From NCBI RefSeq assembly GCF_026210795.1, contig NC_089429.1, forward strand, positions 7,502,001 to 7,566,000: 64,000 nt of DNA, written 5' to 3'. Source of the stretch: Rhizophagus irregularis. Its lineage: Eukaryota. Under the pieces are notes generated by a model that did no database searches, was not told the origin of the DNA, and saw only the letters and a program-made list of their open reading frames with translations. Positions 52,425 to 64,000 of the stretch are shown piece after piece. Numbering within the stretch: position 1 is the first letter of the stretch; every line of letters begins with the position of its first letter. A program made the position numbers and the translations under genes.

Positions 52425-53640
52425 ATATTTATGGAACATGTCCAAACTGTGATAAAAAAAAAAGGATTTCGTATTCGTGGTGATGCATATTTGGTAGAAA
52501 ATTTTAAAAATTGGTCTGGCGGAAGGATAATCTGATCAAGAATACGCAACAATCCGCTAAAGAATGCATGCGCTATCTTGAGTGGATTTCTCTCAATTTG
52601 ATCTTATAAGGCATGCCGTAAGAATTGTTCAATGTTCATTTTCTACGATTTACTCGGCTATTTGGATGGAAGGTTCACCCTGGAAATTAGGATGATGGTA
52701 TTGAGATAGATATGGAATTATGGATACGTGGTAGTCATTTAAACAATTGGATAATTCATGGGATCTCAGTGATCACTTTATTAATCAAGTAGGTGTTTAA
52801 ATCTTTGCTATTAGCTTACTTTTAAAATAATTAATTATTTATTAAATTTAAATTTAATATTAAATAAATAGTTAATGTCTGGATAGCAAGGATTGCTTCA
52901 GTATAATAGTAATCGTCTTCAGGAATTATATCAGAGGATATATATCCTTTCTCGAAACACATGATAATTATTTTGGTCTGAGAGAAATTGTCAATCTCCT
53001 GTGGTTAATTTCGTCAGGATTATATAAAATTCATGAGTTAGGACTCGTTAATGGAAATTTACATGGAGGTAAACATTTTAGTTGAACATGATGGCCTAGT
53101 TTTCATTCCGAAGAAACTCAGACACGTGATCATTTTTCTGAAAAATTTTTATAGGGTGGATGTTGGATGCGAGATCCACTGACAAAGTTTACATGAACTA
53201 TTTAATTTAACACATATTCAGAAGAAATTTTGGGTTATACCATTGTTGTTCCTGAAAGGAAAGAAGTAAACAAACTCAAGCTTCCGATATTTACAGTTTT
53301 GGTATGATAATGTGTTCGTCCTTATTATGATACTAGAATCGTTCGTTCGTTAATTAATGATGTGGTTTTCGGATCAAGACCAAACCCGCTGGGTAAGACA
53401 CCACCTATTTATGTTCAATTGATGGGAAAATGTTTAGGTAAAGATCCATTTGAATGACCATTAACATCCGCTTTATTGGAAAAATAGGTTGCTGCCATCT
53501 GTGATGATCCTGAGCCATCGGATGTTTAGATAAAGCAGAAATCGCAAAGTTTAATGAGGATATATGTATCATCAATAATATATTTATTACATAGTAATTC
53601 CATTTACTATAGTAGAAACTTAAATTCTATATAACTAATT
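52425..53640 (+). pseudogene. Protein kinase pseudogene (TKL-like family expanded in Glomeromycotina)
   Basis: Fragments YGTCPNC, ENFKNWSG, YLEWI, FSTIYSAIWMEG, GLYKIHELGLVNGNLHGG, SDIYSFGMIM, GSRP and TPPIYVQLMGKCLGKDP, with multiple stops and frameshifts. Confidence 0.88.
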
Positions 53641-53740
53641 AATCAAGGTTCGGAAATATTTATTTTGCTTCTAAAAACGATTTTCTAAGATTATGTTTTA
53701 TTTTTAAGTAGATTTTTTTTTTTACTCGAATAAAATAAAT

Positions 53741-54919
53741 TTGTTAAGTCAACGAGTCCGGAGCGAAGCGAAGGACTATATACTATTCGTATCGGTTTCG
53801 TGAGTCGGTGCATACAATACATATGTTATGTGCTGGTAAGCAAATGTATCATGTTCATTATATAGATTGACTGCAAATGTCACGTCACATTATAATCAAA
53901 ACAAATAAGTCGTACAAAGAAAAAAAGCTTCTCACTTTCCTTTTCCTTCGATCTCTCTCTTCCCTTCCCCCCCTTCTCTCTTACTTTCCGTTGAAAAATT
54001 ATTTAACAAAACATTCGATTTTTTTGTCCTTTTAGTCTTCCCGGACGTGACATTTCAGTAATCTTTTATTTTTTTTTCTTAATTTTTTTTTATCTTAATG
54101 AAAGGTTTTTAACGTTCTTTTTTTTTCTTTCTTTAGATGGTTGCTTTTTAGCTCTTTTGACACAGAATCTTGGTGAGGAAATCTAGAAATATATTTTTTT
54201 TTCGTATTTATTCTAACGAAACTTTCAATTATTCCCTTTTTTAGATGGTTGATGACGTTTAAATCCAAACAGAGACTGAAAGAACCTCTTAGTTACCAGC
54301 AGTGCTAATGAAAAAAAGGTCTTTTACGCGTAGAATTTGTGCGGACTTTACCTTTTTTAGACTTTTTTCGTTTTCCTTTTAACGAACTGTTTCTAACAGT
54401 TTGTTGTCTTTTTTTTAGACGATACGTAGAATTTCGATGGCTAACCACACGATCTGATGTAATATTATTAGTTTTGTTTTTTTTTTATTTTAATGAACTT
54501 TGCTATAATACACTAGTTCTTTTTTATTTTGTAGGCGGTCGGTTTTTGACTCTTCGGCTTTTAATTCATCTTTTTTAACGAAATGGTTATTAAAGATGAC
54601 AATCACATGACACAAATAATTATCAAACAACTAACCAACTTCTCTCTTATTTACATTTCGTTATTTTCTTTCTTTTTTTTAAGCGGTTGGTTCCTCAGGT
54701 GTTATCGGGTTTTTTTTTAAAAAAAAAAATTTTAACAAAATGATCATTAATGCTTCGTTATTTTTTTCTTTATTTTAGGTGACCAGTTTCTCGAATCTCC
54801 TTGGTGGATTTCGGTAAAGATGGGAGTGTTAATATACACATATCTTTATTATGTGTTATTTGATCACGTGCCTTATCGCTCCGGAGTCCGGACTTAACAA
54901 AGGTTGCCGTTCTCTAGTT
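53741..54919 (+). mobile_element. Helentron-like non-autonomous element containing a CT-rich tract and an intron/micro-exon array
   Basis: 5' TTGTTAAGTC...AGTCCGGAGCGAAGCGAAGGACT and 3' CGCTCCGG...GACTTAACAA followed by CTAGTT; same family as 40468-40673; repeated (C/T)TAAC...polyT-TAG acceptors at 54100-54780. Confidence 0.7.
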
Positions 54920-54943
54920 GTACTTTAAATTAGACTATACCAT

Positions 54944-55070
54944 GGGACGCATTTGACTCACCGACAATTAATTCACCAACAATCTTTTCGCCGATAACCA
55001 CTTCACCGACAATCAAATGTTTCGCCGACATGATCATCTCACCAACAGGTCATCTCGTCAACACATATAA
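54944..55070. mobile_element. End of a MULE-like element related to 26594-27205
   Basis: GGGACGCATTTGACTCACCGACAA followed by TC(A/G)CC(G/A)AC repeats. Confidence 0.55.
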
Positions 55071-57384
55071 TAATTTTAAAATATATTATTATATCTTTCT
55101 TATGAAAAAAAAAAAATTTTTTTTTTTTAATATTTTTCAATTTAGTAATTATAAGTATTTACATAGCCTGTCATGAGCAAAAAATCATTTAATTCAAAAT
55201 GAACTGTTTGGTGAAATGATTGTTGGAGAAATGATGTCGTAATAGATAGTATTATTATATTAAATAATGTATCAAAAAATATTGAAAATAAACTAATAAA
55301 GAAAAAATAACAAAATAAAAAACATATCGTATATTCCTTGACAATTTTTTTGTCATGCATTTTCTGCCAACCAGTATTTCGTTCCAATTTAAAGTTTATA
55401 ATAAAAATTTAAAATATGTTATAGGTATTTAATAAAAAAATTCAAAAGATTCTTTTCATAAAATTAAAGTTAATCAATCAACTTACTAAAAAAAAAAAAT
55501 CTTCCGAGTTAACACCATTAACGAACGACACAAAGATTTCACAAACTATGTGGATACAGTATATTCTAGTAAAATATATATCATGACAAATTAAATTATA
55601 AACTGTCAAAATTATTGATGAACATAAAATTTTAGGATGGGTACCTTTACCCGCCTTGCTATATATTCGATGAGTTTAGAAGAAAGCAATTAATCATAAA
55701 TTGATGCTGCATGAAACGCTCTGTACTAAAATTTTTTTCCTTTATTATAAAAAGCAAACCTGTGATTCCTTTAACGCCAGTTATTTAGAATCATAAAAAA
55801 TGCATTGCGACACGAGAATGCATTGCGACACAAGTATAAACTCAATGCACGCACGATCAACTAATATATATATATATACTGTATCTTCTAGGGAATGTAG
55901 GGATGGATCGCTAAGAATTAAAAATAGGAACCTCAAGTTATATTGTTAAGTAGAACATACGGGCTGATTCGGAGTCCGTTTTAAAATTGGTTAAATGAGA
56001 CAAGCTCAGGAAATACTAAATTTGGAATTGGCTCAGCGTTGACACCAATACCATCCCTAAAGTAAAGTGCACAATTATACAATCCGATTAACTTTGCATA
56101 TGTTCCTTTTTTTAAAACCTGGACTTTCAGACGTGAGTATTTCTTTGTAATAATTTTATGTGCATAAAAAAGAATGGAAAGTCGTATTTCATAATGTTCC
56201 GCACTTCCGCATCTCCTTCAAAAATTTGTAACAGACTTAGCATTATATGATATATATTGGAATCTGTATTACAAATTAATTTACTTATCATATTATTGGT
56301 TATTGTTTATTAATTCTAAAGTTATTTAATATTTTAGCGGGTAGGTAATAAACTTTACCAAATGCAAAAAGATCGAATATTTAAAAATTACATAATTATA
56401 AACTGTAATGATAAAAGATTATAAAACTATGATTATGGATTTACCAAAATGCCTAGTTAACTCTTAACCAAAAGAAGTACGAAACCAGACCATACCAAAA
56501 GAAAAAAAAATGATCTAGTACAACCTAATTGGAAATACTATGAAATGCACACGAGACGTTCACGTACGTAAGATATATTATTATCCTGGTTCGTAACCTA
56601 AGTTACTCACTATATTTATGTTGGAAGTGAAACTGACCGTTGATTTATTTCACAAGTACACGGGCAATCCAATAAACCGAGACCGGATCTTCGATAAATC
56701 GAAACCTTTGATATACTGGAGTTGGTTCTGAACCGATTTTTACAGTGCAATAGTAAAATTATTTTCGGTACGTCAGATTTCTTGATACATCGGATTTTCT
56801 GATGAGTTCGGCTTATCGAGACTGGCTGCGTACTCCATTAACTTCCAGAGATTTATTAATTTTAATGTCATACGCATGTATTTCGCGTATTTCAGTCGTT
56901 CTAATCATATTTTTACATATTCGATTTCTTCTTTGGAATTTAGGTACTTAAATTCTTGATCATTCCAATTTTTAGTATGTCTTTGGTAGATTCATGGTTG
57001 TGTCTTCGAATTTGGAATTGAATTTTTTTACTTTCTTAGCATTCCGTCATGAAACTCCGGTAACATTGCGTGTCGATTCCATTTCCTTCTGTGTCTCTGA
57101 AACCTGTGTAATTTCTTGCATTTAGCCCCCATTATTACTCTTATTGCTTTTAGCAATTCACACGTTCTCTCTATTGCCGTATTTGATATCTCTAATGTAT
57201 GTATCGTAATTTAAGGGTTCTTGAGGATTAACATACATATTGTTTAAGTATTTTCTACGCGTTTTCATTGTCAGAATCATAAGTTTTGGGCGTAAATGAA
57301 AAAAAAAACGGAAATTGGCTCTGTTAATATACGTGCAAATATAGTTTTATTAACCTGTTTTTGTTACGCATTTGTAAATCCAAC

Positions 57385-57735
57385 TGCTCCACACGAGCCG
57401 TCGACTCAAGCCAGCTCGCGATTCGCGAACCGGGTATGCCGAGCCAAGCCGAGTCACGGCTCGCAATTAGTTGAGCTCGGCTCATTCGAGCCAAGTTTCA
57501 ATGCAGCTCGTTCAAGCTGCCTCACGAGCTATGAGCCGGCTCGCGAGCTCTGGGACTAAGCAAAAATGATATTTGCGCAGGTGATCAGGTGATCATCAGC
57601 TGATCACTTCGCATTTAAAATCTATTAAATCGTCCGGCCCGACTCGAGCCAAGCTACCTTAAGGCTTGGCTGGGCTTGGCTTGGGGTTGGCTCGAATTTT
57701 GGCTCAGCTCGGCTCGAGCCGCTCATGCGGAGCTT
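57385..57735. mobile_element. GC-rich MITE with GAGCC/GGCTC subterminal repeats (hAT-like)
   Basis: Imperfect inverted ends GCTCCACACGAG/CTCATGCGGAGC; many CGAGC/GCTCG motifs; no clear TSD. Confidence 0.55.
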
Positions 57736-60700
57736 TATTTTAAATTACAATTAGATAATTTTTATATTAGTTATTGCAAAACTTTATTAGATCGATTATT
57801 GGAATTATTTTTTTCTCTAATTATTAAAATTTTTATAGTACATCATACTTCGTTACAAAATGCATTTCATTTTATTGATTTCCAATTTTCAACAAAAATT
57901 CGTTTTTTTTAAATCGAAATAACGGTAAAATAAGGTCAAAGATAAAATTATCTAGAAGCAGGATTATATTAAAACATAATGACACAGATATTATAGTTTT
58001 GTTGTTTTTTTTCTATTATCTGCAGACTCTTTTGATTCTTTCTTTCTTATAGATGCGACATTGCGACATGCAGTATCGACTATAGTAAAGTAGATAATTA
58101 TAGATAATTGATTGCCGTGAATAATCGAAATAATTATACCGAATTTTAATTTAACATAGCATCATATAGTGGACACTATTTACTTCATTTTACCTAATTT
58201 AAATATACCAGGAACATTTAATTTATTACTATAATTGAATCATATTAGGGATTTTAAATACATGCACGAATTATGTTTGCTTTAAGTTGGCATTAGCCGC
58301 TATTAGGTCATTTCCACCAGAAAAAATTCGTTCACTTGTATCTACTAAAACTATTTTATGCAATAAAATAGCGATTACTCATTATTATGTAACAAAAAAA
58401 TATTATTGTTATTTTTTGTCTTTAAACACTTTTTTTATTAGGCAAATTATTCTTTAATCAAAAAAACCAAAAGTCAATTGATGTGTAATATACTCAATAA
58501 TTTATTGTATACGGTTGGACTAATTTACTTTCATTGTCATTGTTATTATTCTAATATATTTTTATTCAACATTTATAAAGAAAATCAAATTCAATAAAAT
58601 TTTAAAGATGAGCATAAACTGTATATATATGAAGAATCTTTTTCAAAAAAAAATTGTCAAACCGAATGATTTTTCCAATTGACATCTCAAATTTCGACGC
58701 ACTCATATTTTGCTTAATGAAAACTGAAGCAGAGGCTGCAGAGCCAATAGAGAATCAAAATAGAACAAAATGAGCTATTTCTATCCCTAGGCCAAGTTGG
58801 TAAATTATAGATATTTAATTGAACTTTATTAAAAAACATCAATGCTGTTAGAATTGAGTATAGAGGATATAACAATCCCATTACATGATATTTAACCAAT
58901 CAAATACACAAACAAAATTCTTAAATTTTTTAATAAAGAAACTTTAAACACATATGCTCAATTATGTCAGTCTTTACATAAACATTTCATTGTGGCTTTA
59001 TGTAAACATTTCATATGGCTCAAATATTACAAAATATGTAAACATTTCATGTGGCTTTACTTATTGACCAATTACATTTAACGTTATAATATAAGCCATG
59101 CATAATAATGAGGCAAAGTAACCAATTAAGTAAACATTGCATAATAAACTAATAAACAGTACAGTAATATAAATCATAGGCTGTGCACTGGCTGTGCATC
59201 CTTTGAATTTCAATATAAATTCATAACTAAAAGGTTGTTTTCCAAAATTTCCTTTTTAATTTTCTAAATTAATTTTATCTTTTGATAATAAATATACCTC
59301 TCTGAATCATATTATTGAGGTTGCGTAATGGTGAATCCACAAGCGATTTGCTTGATGCCTTATGAAAAATTATTGGAAAAAAGCTCCGATAATTGATCAT
59401 TTTCTAGTTTTTATTAAAAAGACTCTCTAAAAAATATTTTATATAGATGCATGAATTGTATTACTTATTGAATTCACAGATGTTATACCCTTATTTCTTT
59501 ATTTTATACAAGGCAATTGTTAAAAAATATTAAATATTTATAAAACTATTGGTGATTATAAAAAAATTGCTTTAGTTTAATTACAAGTATTTAAAAAAAT
59601 AATGTATACAAAAAATATAATATTAATTTGTTATACATTAAACCTTATAAACTTTAATAGAACATAACTAATTGTACATATAATAATATTAGTTGTTCAC
59701 CTATAAGGAGATTATAGTTATAAGATGTGATATTACTCTAAAAGATATTAGTCTCAAAGTTCTGGTGAAAAATAATATTTCTATGGTTTCATTTCACGGA
59801 TTGCCAACATATAAAACAGTATATCCAGATATAGAAGAAGCAAGATTTTCTCAAAAATGGTTGATGGTTTTATGTCTCGTCATAATTTAGTTAATAGGAG
59901 AAAGACATCAGTTGCTCAACGGCTTCCAGAAAATTATATTAGCAACAAGAAAAGAATAAAGATTATCAAAAAAGAAGAAAAAAGATGATATATCTATTCA
60001 AAGGCTATATTACAATGTGACACCTGAAAGGTTTATTGGCAGTAATCCACTACTTCAATGGCTAAAAGTAGCTACTATCGCTAATTATAATTAAACAACA
60101 ATATATATAAAGGTAGAATCTTTAGATGGAATTTTTAAGATTAGGATAATATAACTACTACATAATAAATATCAAAATATCAAAACGTAAAATAGTTACG
60201 GAAGACATAAGATTCCTTTTAATATATTAAAATCATTATACTAAAATTTTGATAAATTTATATTATCACTTGCAAATCTTCCGTATTCAACATATAGTGG
60301 AAGAGCTTACTTCTGTGAGAGTATTCAGTCCGAGGAGCTCCACTCTTCTAAAGTATAAATTTATATGAATTAATATATAAAATTTATATTAATTAAATTC
60401 ATTTGAATAATTTTTTTAAATTTAAGATAAAGATTGTTATTTGAAATAGATAAATATAGATAGCATCAGCAATACAGCAATTGTATTTATATTAATATTG
60501 GATTATATTTCATACTTTTCTAATAATATTATTATTATTTCTGCGTTTAGAAATAATTTCATTAATTTAGCATAACATATTGGTGTATCTTCTGTAATTA
60601 TTATTCACCCAATTTCATAATTTTTATTACTTTATTAACAAATGATAATTTTATTTTACTAAAAATCTTCATTTTACATACCTATATATATTATTTAATG

Positions 60701-60879
60701 GAATATTTAAACCATAGAAAATTAGAATTTTATATACCATTTTTTTATGAAATATTAATTTATTAGATTCACTAAATTCATTAGATTCATAGAACAAATG
60801 ATATTAGAACTTTATTCCATTAAGACAATGCATTAAACAAGCATTTACAAAACTGGTTCTTTGAAAACTCTTCATGCTA

Positions 60880-62230
60880 TAGGTGTTCTATAAATCCTTG
60901 GAAAGGCTTAAATTAAAAACAAAAATAATTATTAAATTAGGAATTGAAGAAGTAGTAGCAAGATTCTTTCTCCCGTTTCCAAGTGGACTGAAAATGCTGT
61001 TAAAACTTTGAAACCTGAGAAAAGATATTTATGTGAGGCGAAAGGAGGTCTAATTATACAATAGAACCACATATTGCTTCTGCCACAGAACAAACTCTTC
61101 ATTCTTCTTATGCTCCTTAAGACAACAGAGAGAACAGCCATTCTCCTCCTCCTAATATTAATAAACACACAACACTATGGATACAGACGAACTATAGTAA
61201 TTCAATGGCTGAAGCAAGTATCCTCCCCAACAGTCACTTCATCGTCAACAGTTGCCTCATCATCAACAGACTTGCTTGTGACACATTCAATTAATTATTA
61301 TTGGAAAATGGGAAGACAATGCATATGGAAGTGTTTACAAAATCTGGATTTTTCGTGTTATTATGATGACATACAGTTTCTATAATAGAATATCCGCATC
61401 TATAAAAAAAATTCTAGAAAAAATCTTGATAAATGATTATTTTACAAGAAATTTCTGAAAAATTATTTATAGGGTTCATAATTTTAGTTATCCCAATATT
61501 CTTTCATATATATGAAAAAAAAGAAAGAAAAAAAGAAATTAAAAGGAATATTTAGTAAGAATATCATCACGGTTAGTTAATTTGGGTGTTCTATAAATCC
61601 TTAGAAAGGCTTATTAGCTAATAAGGTATTAAAAAAAGGAGTATTTAAGGAAAAGCATGTATCCCCTCTATTTGTGATACATTCAATTAATTATTCATGT
61701 CTTCCTTGTAAATAATGGACAAATTTTTATACCATTGTGGCTTTAAGGTGCATGCTCATGATGTACAACATAACAGTATTTATAAAATCTGGATCTTTAA
61801 TGTCATCACAACGAAATCAATACACGAACACGAACAGTGTATCAGAACCTACTACTCCTAAACGCCAAGTGTAATCCCGTATTCCCATTAGAATAACAAA
61901 TAAAGTTAGAAGTTCTCTAGTTGATGATTCCCTAACAAATAAGGCATTAAAGGAAGCATTTAAGCATCTGCATGTTAAAAGCAAGTGTCCTCTCTATTCC
62001 TTCCACTTGTGACACATTTAATCAATTATTCATATCTTCCCATCTACCTACTAAAAAGTTCACACTGAAGCATATTTGGAATCTGCTTAATGATGATGAC
62101 AGTGATACAAATACGTATATATAATCCTTGGAAAGACTTAACTAATAAGGCATTAAAGAAAGCATTTAAGTAATGTGTGTCCTCCTTTCCTCTCTCTATC
62201 TCCTCCATTCATGACATTTTTTTAATTATT
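60880..62230. repeat. Degenerate tandem duplication (3-4 units)
   Basis: ATAA(A)TCCTT(G/A)GAAAG at ~60889, 61593 and 62121; (G)TGA(C/T)(AC)ATT...AATTATT at ~61279, 61674, 62009 and 62212. Confidence 0.65.
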
Positions 62231-63049
62231 GTAATATCAGTCAAAGATAGAAGATTCATAATAATAGAGATATCATAAAATTTCTTGCTATTATTACTTC
62301 AGATATAATATTAAGTTTCTTTAAAACTTTTAAAATGGATTTTATATTTATATACAACTGCTTCTTTAAAACATTTTTAGAATTAACTCTATATATAGAT
62401 TTGATTTTATAATGAAAGTATACTTTAATCATATTTTATATAACATATTACTATATATTGCTGACCACAATCCCTCCATATATAGTACCCCCTCATTTTT
62501 CTGAAAAATCTCCAATTTCTTTTGATTTTACTATTTGAACAATCTAATTTTACACAGGCGATACATGTAAAAGTGTTGATTGACCCCCTAAAATTTGCAA
62601 GATACCTGGGTACTGTGGTCCAATAAAGAAAAAATTTAAAAAATTTTACTTATTAAATAGATATGAAATTTCAGTAACAACTCATGGCGGTACTAATGAA
62701 TTTGGAATCGACATGATCATCTCTTTTCAAAATTGTTGACAACTCAGAGATTGTATGTAATTTTATAGCAATTTTTTTTACCCATTAAATTAGAAACTTA
62801 ATTTTATCTTTTTACTACTATACCTTTTGATAATCTTTATAAGTAGAATAAGATTAATATACCATACTTTTTAAAAAAGTTAATTAAATATAAAGACAAA
62901 AAATTGCAATTTATTGTTATATGCATATAGCATATAATTGCATTTATATAACATTAGCTTATATTTCATACTTTTCTTATATTATTATTCAAATATTTAA
63001 TTACAATTTAACAGTTTTATTACTTTAACAAATGATATACCATATATCA

Positions 63050-63410
63050 TAGACCATAATACCCAGGTAGACACTATACATAATGGGGTACAGGATTTTT
63101 GGGTATATTTTTGTGTATAATACTCAAATACTTGATATTGTATTCAGAAAGTAAAGATCTTTCCATACGATTGCAGGACCTCAAGACCAACTGTCGCCAT
63201 CTTTGGCAGAGAATGCAGCTATCATGAGCTGGTTTTGAGCATTGTAATGGTTCCAGATTCAGTGACAGACATGAATGAAAACTTGTGAAAACCCGAATGG
63301 AAGAATTGAATCCATCAAACCGTTTAATTCGCACTAACAATGTGTGGAATTTAGCAATCATTGACAATATCGATTTTAAAGAGAAGAGTTTCAAGTTCGG
63401 TATTTCCTTT
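63050..63410 (+). pseudogene. TE end plus fragment of a probable transposon-encoded protein
   Basis: GACCATAATACCCAGG at ~63052 is the inverse of CCTGGGTACTGTGGTC (~62605). The frame NVWNLAIIDNIDFKEKSF carries a DN-type acidic motif; family assignment is uncertain. Confidence 0.35.
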
Positions 63411-64000
63411 TCCTGGAGGCGTCCACAATCCTCATGGGCAATTTTATACAAACTTTCCCATGAATCAAATCCAAATCTAACCAAATTTGATTCAAAAATC
63501 ATGTGGGTTCAGCTATCATGGTCATGTGGCACAGATATTCACCAAATAATTTTTATGAATACATCTGTAAAACTGAAAAAGATAAATTCACTACAAAATA
63601 TGAGAATGTACATAGAGCTGGCAAATCCATCAATTACTATAATATTATACTACCAAACAATGAGAAGTATAATAAATAAGATACTTTACCCTCTATAGAA
63701 AAATATATAATGAAAAAGAAAAGAGTGAAATATTCTGAAGTAGTAGCATGCGGACAATAATCAGAATAATTTTGATACCTGTCTTATAGACTATTTTGCA
63801 ACTGCTGCTTAAAAAAACCAATATCTTACTATAGCAATCATGATAATGGAGTCATAATCAATCATGTGATAATTTTTAATAAAACTGTTAATACATGCGG
63901 TTCAAAATTTGTCATTGATGAAATCACATTACACAATATAACTCTTTTAATAGCTAGAAGAAAAAGTCACAGTCTCTATGATTAATTTACCTTAAATATT

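Noticed and set aside
56780..57300. Coding-like minus-strand patch
   Set aside because: Multiple stops and no recognisable motif.
1..64000. rRNA or tRNA genes
   Set aside because: No recognisable rRNA segment or cloverleaf was seen by eye. A tRNAscan-SE/Infernal run would be needed to exclude them.

Overview
Very AT-rich, intron-containing eukaryotic DNA. The gene and transposon families (BTB-like N-terminus, TKL-type kinase relic, RNase H-bearing LINEs, hAT relics) suggest an arbuscular mycorrhizal fungus such as Rhizophagus; this is inferred, not searched. Most of the window is nested or decayed mobile DNA. It includes hAT elements with 8-bp TSDs, 2-bp-TSD TIR elements, MULE-like and Kolobok-like MITEs, Helentron-like elements, LINE fossils, a PIF1-helicase fragment, and mini/microsatellites. 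Three apparently intact genes can be built by hand: an intronless 176-aa orphan (9716-10246, -), a 3-exon 361-aa protein joining a BTB-like stub to an eIF4G-type MIF4G domain (16888-18127, -), and a 5-exon 136-aa Myb/SANT-trihelix protein (46150-46868, +). The most unusual signal is four tandem arrays of short spliceosomal introns separated by micro-exons, several of them frame-preserving 42-nt exons. Each array lies inside or next to the end of a non-autonomous transposon and reads inward from that end. Most long ORFs in the supplied track are low-complexity artefacts.
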